Shown here: in pieces, positions 1-10,314 of the stretch
Position numbering within the stretch: position 1 is the first letter of the stretch
Layout of the letters: each line of letters starts with the position of its first letter
Origin: Spirochaetia bacterium
Lineage (GTDB): Bacteria; Spirochaetota; Spirochaetia; CADAEX01
Direction: 5' to 3'
Assembly (NCBI GenBank): GCA_963662265.2
Contig: CAXXHA010000032.1
Location: 96,001 to 160,000 of the forward strand
Length of the DNA: 64,000 bases
Made by a program: the position numbers and the translations under genes
Notes under the pieces: generated by a model
Database searches by the model: none
The model's input: only the letters and a program-made list of their open reading frames with translations
What the model was told of the DNA's origin: nothing

Positions 1-1544
1 TCAGTTTCCGCATCAACAGCGGAAGTCGAGTCATCGAGAATCAGGATCTTAGGGTTTTTGAGTATTGTTCTTGCTATGGCAATTCTCTGCTTCTGCCCAC
101 CCGAAAGAGTCACCCCTTTCTCCCCGACAACAGTTTCATACTTATCCGGAAACCCCATAATACTCTCGTGAACAGAAGCAGCTTTTGCAGCCTTTATTAT
201 CTCATCTTCGCAGACATCCCGCTTTACACCATAGAGAATGTTTTCCCTTACTGTTGTTGAAAAAAGGAAAGGCTCCTGCTCAACAATACCTATATTTTCT
301 CTCAGGAAACGCCTGGAATAATTTTCAACAGATATATCATCTATAAGAAGTGATCCGCTGTCTGCATGGTAGAAGCGGGGAAGAAGATTGACAAGGGTTG
401 TTTTCCCGGAACCTGTTTCCCCAAGCAGGGCAACAGATTCTCCCGGCATGCATCTGAAATTTATATTCTTTAGAACAGGGACTGAACTGTCATAGCTGAA
501 TGAGACATTATCAAATTCTATTTTCCCCTCTACGGTCCTCATGCTGTCACCCTTTTCAAGGTCCTCCTGTTTATTAACAAGAACAGAGGAAACACGGCTG
601 TAAGAAACCCAGGCAGTTGAAAGCTGTGCAATAATACGTCCCATCTGCTGAACAGGCCAGATAATTGTGTTGAGAAATCCGATATATGCAACCATATCGC
701 CGATATCAAGCTTACCGTCCATTACCATGAGTGCTGCAAATGCAATTCCTCCGATCTGCTGTACAGCACAGACAGTATGGGAAACAGGCCAGTAGAGAGC
801 ATGGTTCATTAAAAATATCCGCCCCCTTTTGTATTTTTCCCTGTTAACCCCGTCAAATTTCTCTTTTTCAAATTCCTGCCTGGCAAAAGCCCTTACAATC
901 CTCACACCTGTCAGGTTTTCCTGAATTGCGGATGAAAGCCTGCCGTCCTGTTCCTGATACTGCTCATACGCATCATGAATCTTTCTGAAAAAGACTACAG
1001 ACATGAAAATTATAATCGGGATTGCATGGACAGAAACAAGCGCCAGTTTGATGTCAAGATAAACAATTGAAGAAAAATTGATCAGAAACATGAATACAAT
1101 ACGGTTCAGGCCCGGAATCATATCGCTGAAAAAACGTCTGACAGTATCAACATCTGAAGTTGACCTCTGAATAAGTTCCCCTGTACTTGTTTTATCATGA
1201 TAGGCAAAGGATAGTTTCTGAGTATGGTCGAAAAGAGTATTTCGAAGGTCCCGGGCAATACCTTCTGCTGTTGAACCTGTCAGTCTTGCATTCATAAAGG
1301 AAAATCCCCCCCTTACAAGCGCAAGCAGGATATAAAAAAGAGAAAAGTAAATCAGGGGGAAACGCCAGTCTCCTGATGATGCTATATCATTTATATAAAA
1401 ACGCAGCACGAAATAACCGGCTGTACCTGCCGCAACAGATCCTGCCTGGAAAACCAGAGCTGTAAAATATCTCTTTCTGTATCTGTCAAGAAGAAACCAG
1501 AGACCGGCTAGAGGTTTTGCCGGAAGATAATCATGTAGATGCAT
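1..1544 (-). CDS. ABC exporter, fused permease + ATPase (MdlA/MsbA-like); 3' end runs off the window
   Basis: Not in the ORF track. Manual translation from ATG at 1544 gives MHLHDYLPAKPLAGLWFLL..., a TM region, Walker A GETGSGKT, signature TLSGGQKQR and Walker B ILDDSTSAVD, open to the window edge. Confidence 0.9.
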   Translation of the reverse strand, partial: MHLHDYLPAKPLAGLWFLLDRYRKRYFTALVFQAGSVAAGTAGYFVLRFYINDIASSGDWRFPLIYFSLFYILLALVRGGFSFMNARLTGSTAEGIARDLRNTLFDHTQKLSFAYHDKTSTGELIQRSTSDVDTVRRFFSDMIPGLNRIVFMFLINFSSIVYLDIKLALVSVHAIPIIIFMSVVFFRKIHDAYEQYQEQDGRLSSAIQENLTGVRIVRAFARQEFEKEKFDGVNREKYKRGRIFLMNHALYWPVSHTVCAVQQIGGIAFAALMVMDGKLDIGDMVAYIGFLNTIIWPVQQMGRIIAQLSTAWVSYSRVSSVLVNKQEDLEKGDSMRTVEGKIEFDNVSFSYDSSVPVLKNINFRCMPGESVALLGETGSGKTTLVNLLPRFYHADSGSLLIDDISVENYSRRFLRENIGIVEQEPFLFSTTVRENILYGVKRDVCEDEIIKAAKAASVHESIMGFPDKYETVVGEKGVTLSGGQKQRIAIARTILKNPKILILDDSTSAVDAET

Positions 1545-1689
1545 TTATGTCCCCATTTTTAATTCAAAAAAATTTTAAAACACAGGCGGTTGTGTCATGG
1601 AAATTTCAATCAAACATCAGCCGGATATTCTAAAACCGTTACTTAAATAAATATATAAAAAAAAAGTCTGATCAGGAATAAAAAAATTA

Positions 1690-2721
1690 TCAGGTCTCAA
1701 CAAGTTTCCTGTAATCATTTACAAAACATTTGACAATTTCCTCTTCTGTCGCCCATGAAGTTATAAGTCTTATTGCAGATTTGTTTTCATCAATGCTTTT
1801 CCATATATAGAAACCATATATCTCACTCAGCTTATCTATTACGCTGTTTTCCATTACAGGAAATATCTGATTGGTGGGGGAATCAATTAAAAAACTGCAG
1901 CCGCACTTCTTAAGCTCACTTACCAGATACTGGGCCATTTTATTTGCATGCAGAGCCAGATTAAAGTAAAGATTGTTTTGAAAAAGCGCATTGAACTGTA
2001 CTCCAAGAACTCTTCCCTTTGAAAGGAGAGCCCCCTTCTGCTTTATCAGATAACGTGTATCCTCTTTCATGCTTTCATTACAGATTATCAGCGCTTCACC
2101 CAGTAAAGTCCCGTTTTTCGTCCCCCCGATAAAAAAGGCATCACAGTTGTCATGAATCACCCTAAGAGATAATCCGGCTTCTTCAACCGCAACAGCAGAA
2201 CCCAGCCTTGCTCCGTCAATATAAAGCAGAAGTTCCTTTTCCCTGCAGAAAGCATAGAGTGCTTCAAGTTCCTTTCTGCTGTAAACTGTGCCCAATTCTG
2301 TTGGATTGGAAATATACACAAGCCGGGGTTTTACCATGTGTTCGAAATGATGTTCCTGCAGCACAGGTGTTATCATATCAGGATTCAGTTTTCCATCTTC
2401 TGCTTCAACTGTTACAACCTTATGCCCGGTCGCTTCAATCGCGCCGGCTTCATGTACTGCAACATGTCCTGTACATGGGGAAATGACAGCTTCATGAGGC
2501 CTCAAAAAAGCGCTGACTGCAAGAAGATTGGTTTGAGTGCCTCCTGACAGAAAATGAACTGAACAATCAGGACTGCATGCAAGTTTTTTAATTTTTTCAG
2601 CTGCTGCTGCTGAGAAACTGTCCAGCCCGTATCCTTCCTCCTGGCGGCTGTTATTATCTATAAGCGCTTTAAGGACTTCAGGATGAGCTCCTTCGCTGTA
2701 ATCATTTTTAAAACTGTACAT
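1690..2721 (-). CDS. ltaE: Low-specificity L-threonine aldolase (PLP-dependent)
   Basis: Motifs FKNDYSEGAHP, GGTQTN, HEAGAIE, YIDGARLG and GGTKNG (PLP lysine). Confidence 0.88.
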   Translation of the reverse strand: MYSFKNDYSEGAHPEVLKALIDNNSRQEEGYGLDSFSAAAAEKIKKLACSPDCSVHFLSGGTQTNLLAVSAFLRPHEAVISPCTGHVAVHEAGAIEATGHKVVTVEAEDGKLNPDMITPVLQEHHFEHMVKPRLVYISNPTELGTVYSRKELEALYAFCREKELLLYIDGARLGSAVAVEEAGLSLRVIHDNCDAFFIGGTKNGTLLGEALIICNESMKEDTRYLIKQKGALLSKGRVLGVQFNALFQNNLYFNLALHANKMAQYLVSELKKCGCSFLIDSPTNQIFPVMENSVIDKLSEIYGFYIWKSIDENKSAIRLITSWATEEEIVKCFVNDYRKLVET

Positions 2722-2830
2722 ATAAACCTCCCGATAACCTGACTACATCATTGTAACCTGTTAAATCACAATACAGCAATATGATATATATAACCAAAAG
2801 AGAGTTTAAAAGCACGTCTGCCCTTTACAG

Positions 2831-2843
2831 CTCAGACGTTTGC
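2831..2843. promoter_or_regulatory. Auxiliary LacI-type operator candidate (CTCAGACGTTTGC)
   Basis: 12/13 match to the reverse complement of the site at 2991-3003. Confidence 0.45.
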
Positions 2844-2979
2844 CTTGCAATAAACCTGGTTTTTGAGGTTTTAAACAGATATATCAGCATTTTAACCAAT
2901 GCTTCATATTTCCACCCGATATTCAGCTTTATACTGTATATATTCTTGAGGCCGATCCATACTTGATGCAAATCAGGCC

Positions 2980-3009
2980 TTGACAATTAAGCAAACGTTT
3001 GAGTAGAAT
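2980..3009 (+). promoter_or_regulatory. Sigma70 promoter of the iol genes, with a LacI-type operator (GCAAACGTTTGAG, 2991-3003) in the spacer
   Basis: TTGACA at 2980-2985, 18-bp spacer, TAGAAT at 3004-3009. The palindrome CAAACGTTTG has the central CG typical of LacI-family sites. Confidence 0.7.
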
Positions 3010-3297
3010 ATTTTCAGGTAATTAAAAAATAAGAATGTAAACAGGTTATACCAGCTGTTTATGATATTTAATTAAAAGCTGATTACTTCAACCTGTTCAG
3101 GGAAATCAGCAAAAGCTCTCAACCGGATAAACACAGGCGATGAATATTAAAAAAAGTCTGTACAGACAAATGCGAAACACCCTCCCGGGGTAAAGAGTTT
3201 TTCTGCAATGTTCATAACACTTGTGTGAACACAATGGAAGCTCCTGAATGAATTTTTAAAAAAATAAAAACTGGTTTTCCATGAGACAGGAGGAAAC

Positions 3298-4284
3298 ATG
3301 ACATTATTTCCTGAAAACAGAAAATTTGATTTTCTCGCTCAGGGCCGGGCAGGCCTTGATCTCTATGCAGATGAGGAAAACACAGACTTCAATAATGTTC
3401 TCTCATTCAGAAAATTTGTCGGAGGATCACCGGGAAATATAACAGCAATGCTTGCAACTCTGGGGCGGAAAACCGGTCTTATAACAAAAGTTTCTGACGA
3501 TCTTATCGGGAAATATGTTATCTCATATTTTGATTCCATAAACTCGGATACATCACAGGTAATCAGGGATTCAAGCGGTTCAAGAACAAGTCTTGCAATA
3601 ACAGAGATGAAACCGGAGAACTGCGGTGTAATAATCTACAGGAACAATGCATCTGACCAGCAGCTCTGCCCTGAGGAAATCAGCGAAGATTACATAGGAC
3701 AGGCAGCAGGTATTGTTATTTCAGGCTTTGCTCTCTCAGAAGCTCCTGGAAGGGATGCTGCAATTATTGCTATTGAATATGCGAAAAGGCAGGGAACAAC
3801 AGTAATTCTAGATCTTGACTACAGGCCCTATTCATGGAGATCAGACTATGAAGCATCCATTTATATGGGAATTGCAGCTGAAAAAGCAGATATCCTTATA
3901 GGAAATGATGAGGAATTTTCAGTACTCAACAAGATAATGTATCCGGAAACTGTAAATGACGGTAAGGCAGCAGTAAAACCATGGATTGAAAGAGGCTGTT
4001 CTCTTGCTATCTATAAACAGGGAGGAGGAAAAGGAGCTCTTGCAATAGAGAAAGACGGAACAGAGCATGAAGGAAGACTCTATAAAACAGCTCTTAAAAA
4101 ACCTTTCGGAGCAGGAGATGCATTCCTTGGTACAACACTCCACTACCTGATGAAAGATGGTGATGTTGCAAATGCAATAGATAAAGGTGCGGCAGCAGCA
4201 AGTATAGTAATTTCAAGAAAAAGCTGCTCGGCAGCCTCCCCTACTGAAAAGGAAATAAACGATTTTATTAATTCATATAAGTAA
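3298..4284 (+). CDS. iolC: 5-dehydro-2-deoxygluconokinase (PfkB family)
   Basis: Motifs GRAGLDLY, FVGGSPGN, LDYRPYSW and KPFGAGDAF; adjacent to iolB; RBS AGGAGG. Confidence 0.88.
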   Translation: MTLFPENRKFDFLAQGRAGLDLYADEENTDFNNVLSFRKFVGGSPGNITAMLATLGRKTGLITKVSDDLIGKYVISYFDSINSDTSQVIRDSSGSRTSLAITEMKPENCGVIIYRNNASDQQLCPEEISEDYIGQAAGIVISGFALSEAPGRDAAIIAIEYAKRQGTTVILDLDYRPYSWRSDYEASIYMGIAAEKADILIGNDEEFSVLNKIMYPETVNDGKAAVKPWIERGCSLAIYKQGGGKGALAIEKDGTEHEGRLYKTALKKPFGAGDAFLGTTLHYLMKDGDVANAIDKGAAAASIVISRKSCSAASPTEKEINDFINSYK

Positions 4285-4307
4285 CTGCAATATAAAGGAG
4301 AATAACA

Positions 4308-5153
4308 ATGCCGGCACATATAAAACCATATGACAATTTCAACAGACCCATAGTTGATACAGGTGATAAGCTTGTACCAAGAACATACCTGAACCATGTA
4401 AAACTGAAAAAAGGGGAAAAACACAGCTACAGGCTTGCAGAGTATGAATCTGTTTGTGTCGGATATTCGGGAACTTTTAATATAACTGTAGACGGGGAAG
4501 AGTTTAAGAATATAGGTGTAAGGAAAAAACTCTTCGAAGGCAAACCTGATTCGGTATATGTGCCTCTCGACTCGGAAGCTGTTCTCACTGCTGTAAGCGA
4601 AGAAGCTGTTATTCTTATCGCGGGGGGAAGATATGAGGAAAAGCTGAAACCTTTCAGAGTTACTCAGGACGATGTCGATACAGTTCAGTACGGTTCAGAT
4701 GAAACCAAGACTCACAGGAAAATCTACCATGTACTGGGTCAGAAAAACAGGGAAAAGGTTGGAAGACTCCTTGTAAGTGAACTATTCACAGTAGGCGCCG
4801 GCGGTTGGTCAGGTTTTCCCCCTCACAAACATGATGAGGATATTGAAGGAAAGGAAACTGCTTTCGAAGAAGTCTACTACTTTGCCTTCAACCCGGAACA
4901 CGGCTTCGGAGCACAGTTTGCATATACTCATGAAAATGACCTGGGGCCTGTTTACCATATAAAGACAGGAAGCACTATTCTTCTTGAAAGAGGTTTTCAC
5001 CCTGTATGTGCTGCTCCCGGATATGAAATGTATTACTTCACAATACTTGTGGGAAAGACAAAGAAATACCTTCAGCAGAATTTTGAAAAAGCCCATGAAT
5101 ACCAGGTGCATACAATCCCGGGTATCAAGGATATGGTTTCTAAATTCAAGTAA
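4308..5153 (+). CDS. iolB: 5-deoxy-glucuronate isomerase
   Basis: Motifs GGWSGFPPHKHD, EEVYYF and GFHPVCAAPGYEMYY. Confidence 0.92.
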   Translation: MPAHIKPYDNFNRPIVDTGDKLVPRTYLNHVKLKKGEKHSYRLAEYESVCVGYSGTFNITVDGEEFKNIGVRKKLFEGKPDSVYVPLDSEAVLTAVSEEAVILIAGGRYEEKLKPFRVTQDDVDTVQYGSDETKTHRKIYHVLGQKNREKVGRLLVSELFTVGAGGWSGFPPHKHDEDIEGKETAFEEVYYFAFNPEHGFGAQFAYTHENDLGPVYHIKTGSTILLERGFHPVCAAPGYEMYYFTILVGKTKKYLQQNFEKAHEYQVHTIPGIKDMVSKFK

Positions 5154-5165
5154 ACGGACAGTAAA

Positions 5166-6008
5166 ATGATTGTAAATCTTAAAGAGCTTCTTCCGGAAGC
5201 TGCAGGTTCAAATTACATAGTGCCGGGATTTAATATCTTCGGAATGGATGAGGCCTGTCAGGTAATGAAGGCAGCTGAGGCAGAAAAAAGCCCTGTAATC
5301 CTCATGGTAAACAAGGATATGGTAAAGAAATATCCTGTAGAAATACTGGGAAGAATGATGGAAGCTGTTGCTGTTCAGTCATCATACCCTGTATGTGTTC
5401 ACCTCGATCATACATATCAAGAGGATATTATATTCAGGGCAATGGAATCAGGCTTTTCATCTGTAATGTTTGACGGGTCCCAGCTTCCGCTTGATGAGAA
5501 TATCAGGAGGACCAGAGCTGTTGCTGACAGGGCTCACAGGATGGGGATTTCTGTAGAAGGGGAAATAGGTTCTGTTCCTTACACTGATGAAAGGAGCCCT
5601 ATTAAGGATGAAAAAACAGATCCTTCAGAAGCAGCGGAATATGCGGAAAAATCAGGAGCTGATGCTGTTGCTGTTGCAGTAGGAAATATACATAAGCTTA
5701 AAAAAGCGGAAGCTGTAATTGATACAGTCCTGCTTGAGAAAATAGGGAGCAGGGTTGATACGCCCCTGGTGCTGCACGGAACATCAGGAATCCCGTCCTG
5801 TGATCTTAAAAAGCTCCTTTCAAGCAGAGTATCAAAATGCAATATAGGTACTGTTTTACGGCAGGCATGGGGATATACTATGAGAAGTGATTTTGAATCC
5901 TCTCCCGGGGCTTTCGACAGATTAACACTCACAGAAAAAGCGCTTTCTGCTGTTTATGAAAAAGCAGCTGAAAAAATCAGAGAACTTGGCGCTTCCGGCA
6001 GGGGTTGA
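5166..6008 (+). CDS. Class II fructose-bisphosphate aldolase family protein, probably IolJ-type
   Basis: Motifs VHLDH, VMFDGS, VEGEIG, AVGNIH and LVLHGTSG; lies in an operon with iolC and iolB. Confidence 0.85.
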   Translation: MIVNLKELLPEAAGSNYIVPGFNIFGMDEACQVMKAAEAEKSPVILMVNKDMVKKYPVEILGRMMEAVAVQSSYPVCVHLDHTYQEDIIFRAMESGFSSVMFDGSQLPLDENIRRTRAVADRAHRMGISVEGEIGSVPYTDERSPIKDEKTDPSEAAEYAEKSGADAVAVAVGNIHKLKKAEAVIDTVLLEKIGSRVDTPLVLHGTSGIPSCDLKKLLSSRVSKCNIGTVLRQAWGYTMRSDFESSPGAFDRLTLTEKALSAVYEKAAEKIRELGASGRG

Positions 6009-6045
6009 AAAAATAACAGATCTGCAATTGCAAAACCTGAAGTAT

Positions 6046-7917
6046 CTAAAGTTCCCCTTTCCTGACCCTTTCTGCGAGAAGAATAAGGTTCCTGAGAGAA
6101 TTTTTATCGCCAGTCTTGAGCCATTTGCCTGTAAAATCCGGATTCTGCACTATCTGGGCTATCGCCATTAGTGCCTGCAGATGGAAATTTCTTTCATCCT
6201 TTGAGCCGGCAAGGGCAAATACCATGTGAACAGGAGGAGTATCACTTCCAAATGAAATCCCCTTCACAGACCTTGTAACTATAATATCAAAAAGAGATTT
6301 CCCCTCAATCACAATATGTGGAATTGCAAGCCCCTCATGAATAACGGTTGTGGAATCCTTCTCCCTCTCCTTCAGCAGTTCATACACCTGACTGCTCTCA
6401 ATATTCAACCGTCTTGAAAAATGATCTGAGAGAATTCTGAACAGCCCATACATATCTGCTTCTTCATCTATATCAATAATTTCCGCCTCCCTGATTATCC
6501 TGTCGAAACGGTCTTCAATAATTTCATCCCTCCTGATAAGAATATCCCGGAGCTCATCGGGAAGTGTTTTTGTCTTTAATTCGCGGGAAGTAACCCTTTC
6601 AACTATGTGAACAATTGCTGACTGCTTTTCATTACGGGATTTTGAATAGAGAAAATACCAGAGCAGAGACATGATGAAGAAACCAGCTGTTATCAGAAGA
6701 GGTATTTTCCCCATTCCGATTATAAGAATAATATAAACCACAATACCTGCAATCTGGGGAAAAGGATAAAGGGGTGTTCTGAAAGCAGGTTTATACGAAA
6801 CAATCTTACTCTCCCTCATGATAATAACAGACATATTTACAGACATGAAAAGGAGAAGTTTCATTGTTGATGCAACCTTTACAAGGTTTTCAAGATCAAG
6901 AACTGTTATGCAGACAATCATGAAGAGTGAAGTCAGGATTATTGAAACTACAGGTGTCCTGAATCTCATACTGACATTGGCAAAAAACTGGGGAAGCAAA
7001 TGATCTTTCGCCATTGCAAGGGGTGAACGGGCAGCTGCCATTATACCTGCATTTGCGGTAGTAATAAAAGCAAGAAGAGCTGCAACTGCAAGTACAATAA
7101 ATCCGCTGTTTCCTGAATATTTTGAAGCAGCAAGCGATATAGGGGTAAGTGTCTGCCTGAATTCAGAGCTGTCTAAAAGACCGACAGTGACAAAGATAAC
7201 TAAAACATAAAGTATTGAAACAAAAACATATGCTGCAATCATTCCGGCAGGCAGGGTCTTCTTGGGATTCCTGACCTCCTCCGCAACCGATGCAACCTTG
7301 GTGAGACCACCGTAGGAAATAAAGATAAGACCTGTGACTGTAAAAACCTTTCTCCATCCTGACGGGGCAAAGGGGACATAGCGGTGAATATTAATATGAG
7401 GCATGCCGGAAAATATGTAATATATCAGGAGAATGATAAGTCCGAATACGAGAAAAACCTGGAGCCTTCCGCTCTCACCGACACTTAGAATATTCAGTAA
7501 AGTAAAAAACACAGTAAATGTTACTGCAATTATCTTCACAGTTTCTGCAGAATAATGGGGAAAAAGAGGTTCAAGAAATATACCGATTCCGACAAGCGCA
7601 AAAGCGCTCTTAAGCGACAGGGCAAACCAGGAGGAAAACCCGGCAAAAGTTCCGAAAAGAGCCCCGAAACTCCTGTTAATAAAGAAATAAACACCCCCCG
7701 CCTTGGGCATTGCTGTTGCAAGCTCAGCCTTGGAAAAAAGGGCAGGTATTACAAAAACAGCTGAAAGAAAATATGCAAAAATAATAGAAGGCCCTGCCTT
7801 GAGATATGTTACAGCAGGAAGTACAAAAAGCCCGGAACTGATCATGGCCCCTGCAGATATGGAAAAAACCTCAAGAACTCCGAGAGCTTTTTTCAGTTCG
7901 TTACTGTCCTCTTTCAT
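6046..7917 (-). CDS. APC-family amino acid permease with a C-terminal PTS EIIA (Ntr/Fru-type) domain
   Basis: GAMISSGLF and AELATAMPKAGGVY plus about 12 TM helices, then REKDSTTVIHEGLAIPH (phospho-His motif). Confidence 0.88.
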   Translation of the reverse strand: MKEDSNELKKALGVLEVFSISAGAMISSGLFVLPAVTYLKAGPSIIFAYFLSAVFVIPALFSKAELATAMPKAGGVYFFINRSFGALFGTFAGFSSWFALSLKSAFALVGIGIFLEPLFPHYSAETVKIIAVTFTVFFTLLNILSVGESGRLQVFLVFGLIILLIYYIFSGMPHINIHRYVPFAPSGWRKVFTVTGLIFISYGGLTKVASVAEEVRNPKKTLPAGMIAAYVFVSILYVLVIFVTVGLLDSSEFRQTLTPISLAASKYSGNSGFIVLAVAALLAFITTANAGIMAAARSPLAMAKDHLLPQFFANVSMRFRTPVVSIILTSLFMIVCITVLDLENLVKVASTMKLLLFMSVNMSVIIMRESKIVSYKPAFRTPLYPFPQIAGIVVYIILIIGMGKIPLLITAGFFIMSLLWYFLYSKSRNEKQSAIVHIVERVTSRELKTKTLPDELRDILIRRDEIIEDRFDRIIREAEIIDIDEEADMYGLFRILSDHFSRRLNIESSQVYELLKEREKDSTTVIHEGLAIPHIVIEGKSLFDIIVTRSVKGISFGSDTPPVHMVFALAGSKDERNFHLQALMAIAQIVQNPDFTGKWLKTGDKNSLRNLILLAERVRKGEL

Positions 7918-8257
7918 ATGCCAACTTCCATTATCCAGTTTAACTTATAAAAGATACATGAGCAAATTTTATATTGTTTTTATAAATTTTAAAAAGAAAA
8001 GAAATATTATCCTGTTTTTAACATCAATAATAATATAAGGAAATCACTAAATATTTGTTTTTATTCTAATTCAGAACAGAAATTCCTGTGTGATAATAAT
8101 TTGTTATATACTAAAAAACATAGTTTTTTTCTTACAATTCCCCCATTCGGGGATAAATGCCATATAAAAATATAAAATTAAAAAGTCCCCAGAATAACAA
8201 GGAAAATAAAAAAAGCTACAGCGCCAATAACCGATAATCCTAAGTATAATCTATACA

Positions 8258-8309
8258 TAATAAAACTCCTGTAATATCATCTGAGTTAAAATATACAGGA
8301 GTTTTATTA
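8258..8309. terminator. Inverted repeat downstream of the ABC importer operon (likely terminator)
   Basis: 16-bp arms TAATAAAACTCCTGTA / TACAGGAGTTTTATTA. Confidence 0.55.
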
Positions 8310-8373
8310 AGATAATGTTCCGATAACGTTAAAATATTATTAATAACATATACATCGGCACAAATTTTATTCT

Positions 8374-9330
8374 TTATTCAGTTTCAATAAAACCTTCAGG
8401 GTCAAGTTCCACTGACTGCTCAAGCATTCCGGAGTCTTTCAGGAACTGAATATCCTTTTTCATGAAATCAATATCATTTTCAGAGATTGAGAAGTCAAAT
8501 TCTGTCCAGTTGTAAAGCTTTTCAGCATCTTCAAAACTGATTCCCTGCTCATCAGCACCCATCTGCACTGCTTCTTTGTAGTTTTCCCTTATCCAGCTGT
8601 ATGCTTCCTTATGGACATCAACATAAAGCTTTACAGCAGCTGGATAGTCCTTTTTAAAATCATCTCTTGCAGCAATCACAAGTATGGGTTTCACATAACC
8701 GTCAGCTGTGAAAAGGACATGTCCTCCGGCTTTTACAGAGTTTATAAGAAGTCCTGCCGCGAGAAGCGCACCGTCAATTGATCCAGCCTGAAGAGCTGCA
8801 GCGCCTTTTGGAAGTCCCATCTGTATCAGCTCAACATCATCCATATCCATCCCTTCAGATTCAAGCGCTGATGCAAGCATCTGATGGAGAACGGTGCCTT
8901 TGGGACCTGCAATTTTCTTACCCTTAAGGTCTCTGATTGTCCTGATATCTGAGTTTACAACAAGTGCAAACACTTCAACCGGTCTGCTGTACCCTGATAC
9001 AATCTCAACATTGTTGCCGTTGGCATTTGCCAGAATTACAGATGTAGTATTCACTACTCCACCTATATCAAGAGATCCTGCAGCCATAGCCTCTGACTGT
9101 TTTGCTCCGGAATTAATTTCATAGAAATTAACTTTGACCCCTTTTTCAGCGAAAGCTTTTTCCAGCATGCCTCGTTTTTTAGCCACGATTGAGGGAAGAT
9201 TAAAAGGAGATTTCACATAGGAAACATTTATTTCCTTCAGGTTTTCAAGCCCCTTAGCCTCTTTTTTGCCTCCCGCAGCTGCTGTAAAAACCACAGTTGT
9301 CACAAGCAGAAAAACAACAATTTTTTTCAT
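8374..9330 (-). CDS. ABC substrate-binding protein, SsuA/NrtA/TauA family
   Basis: Signal peptide; motifs VSYVKSPFNLP and DLKGKKIAGPKGTVLH. Confidence 0.85.
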   Translation of the reverse strand: MKKIVVFLLVTTVVFTAAAGGKKEAKGLENLKEINVSYVKSPFNLPSIVAKKRGMLEKAFAEKGVKVNFYEINSGAKQSEAMAAGSLDIGGVVNTTSVILANANGNNVEIVSGYSRPVEVFALVVNSDIRTIRDLKGKKIAGPKGTVLHQMLASALESEGMDMDDVELIQMGLPKGAAALQAGSIDGALLAAGLLINSVKAGGHVLFTADGYVKPILVIAARDDFKKDYPAAVKLYVDVHKEAYSWIRENYKEAVQMGADEQGISFEDAEKLYNWTEFDFSISENDIDFMKKDIQFLKDSGMLEQSVELDPEGFIETE

Positions 9331-9558
9331 CCATATTCTCCTTTTTTTATGTCAGACATGATTACAGATTAGAAAAAGCAGTAACCAAACCTCCTGCACA
9401 AAATAATAATGTTTTTATATACCTGATTATTTCCCAAACCTTCATGTTCAGAAAAACAGGATCAGAAGCTCACAACAAAGCTATCACATACTTTTCATAT
9501 AGATTAAGTCTGATTTGCGTTGTCCGGCAATAGTTTTAACTAGGGTTCCCCCCTTTTA

Positions 9559-10314
9559 TCAGGCAAAATCCCTGTTTTTTTCAGTTCCTGCCGGAATTCT
9601 TATAGAATTATACAGATCTTTTTTAAGTTCTATGAAATCAGATGCTTCAATATCGCCTGATTCATTTTTTATATCTTCAACAGAAATATCATCTGTTATT
9701 TTTCCGTCACCAATTACAATGATTCTGCTGCTGAGGTATATTGCTTCATTCACATCGTGGGTAATAAAAATAATTGTAATCCCGTTTTTTCTGTAGATAT
9801 CAAGAAGCTCGTTCTGAAGAGTCTCCCGGGTAATAGCATCAAGTGCACCGAAGGGTTCATCCATAAGCAGAAGCTCTGGCTCCCGGCAGAGAGCCCTGCC
9901 AAGCGAAACTCTCTGAGCCATTCCTCCTGAAAGCTGAAAAGGATAAGCATGACGGAACTGATACAGGTCAAGCATCTTAAGAACATCATCAACCCTCTTC
10001 TGCCTGACCTCTTCATCCTTTTCATGCTTAAGCGCAAGCATTATATTTTTTTCCACAGTTTTTGTTCTTATGAGACGCGGTTCCTGGAAAACAGTTCCGG
10101 TTCTCTCTGTTTTTTCAAATGTTATTATGCCGCTGTCAGCCTGTTCAAGTGAGTTGATTACTCTCAGCAGGGTTGTTTTCCCGGCCCCGCTCCGGCCGAC
10201 CACAGAGACAAAGGATCCTTTTTCGATTTTAAATGATATATTGTCGAGTGCCCGAATCTCCCTGCCCTCTATGTTGTATATTTTGGATACATTCTCAAGT
10301 TCTACAAGTGCCAT
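9559..10314 (-). CDS. ABC ATPase, SsuB/TauB family
   Basis: Motifs GRSGAGKT, VFQEPRL, LSGGMAQR and LMDEPFGALD. Confidence 0.92.
   Translation of the reverse strand: MALVELENVSKIYNIEGREIRALDNISFKIEKGSFVSVVGRSGAGKTTLLRVINSLEQADSGIITFEKTERTGTVFQEPRLIRTKTVEKNIMLALKHEKDEEVRQKRVDDVLKMLDLYQFRHAYPFQLSGGMAQRVSLGRALCREPELLLMDEPFGALDAITRETLQNELLDIYRKNGITIIFITHDVNEAIYLSSRIIVIGDGKITDDISVEDIKNESGDIEASDFIELKKDLYNSIRIPAGTEKNRDFA

Noticed and set aside
9331-9558. Small gene or riboswitch in the gap within the ABC importer operon
   Set aside because: No convincing minus-strand ORF or recognisable aptamer motif.
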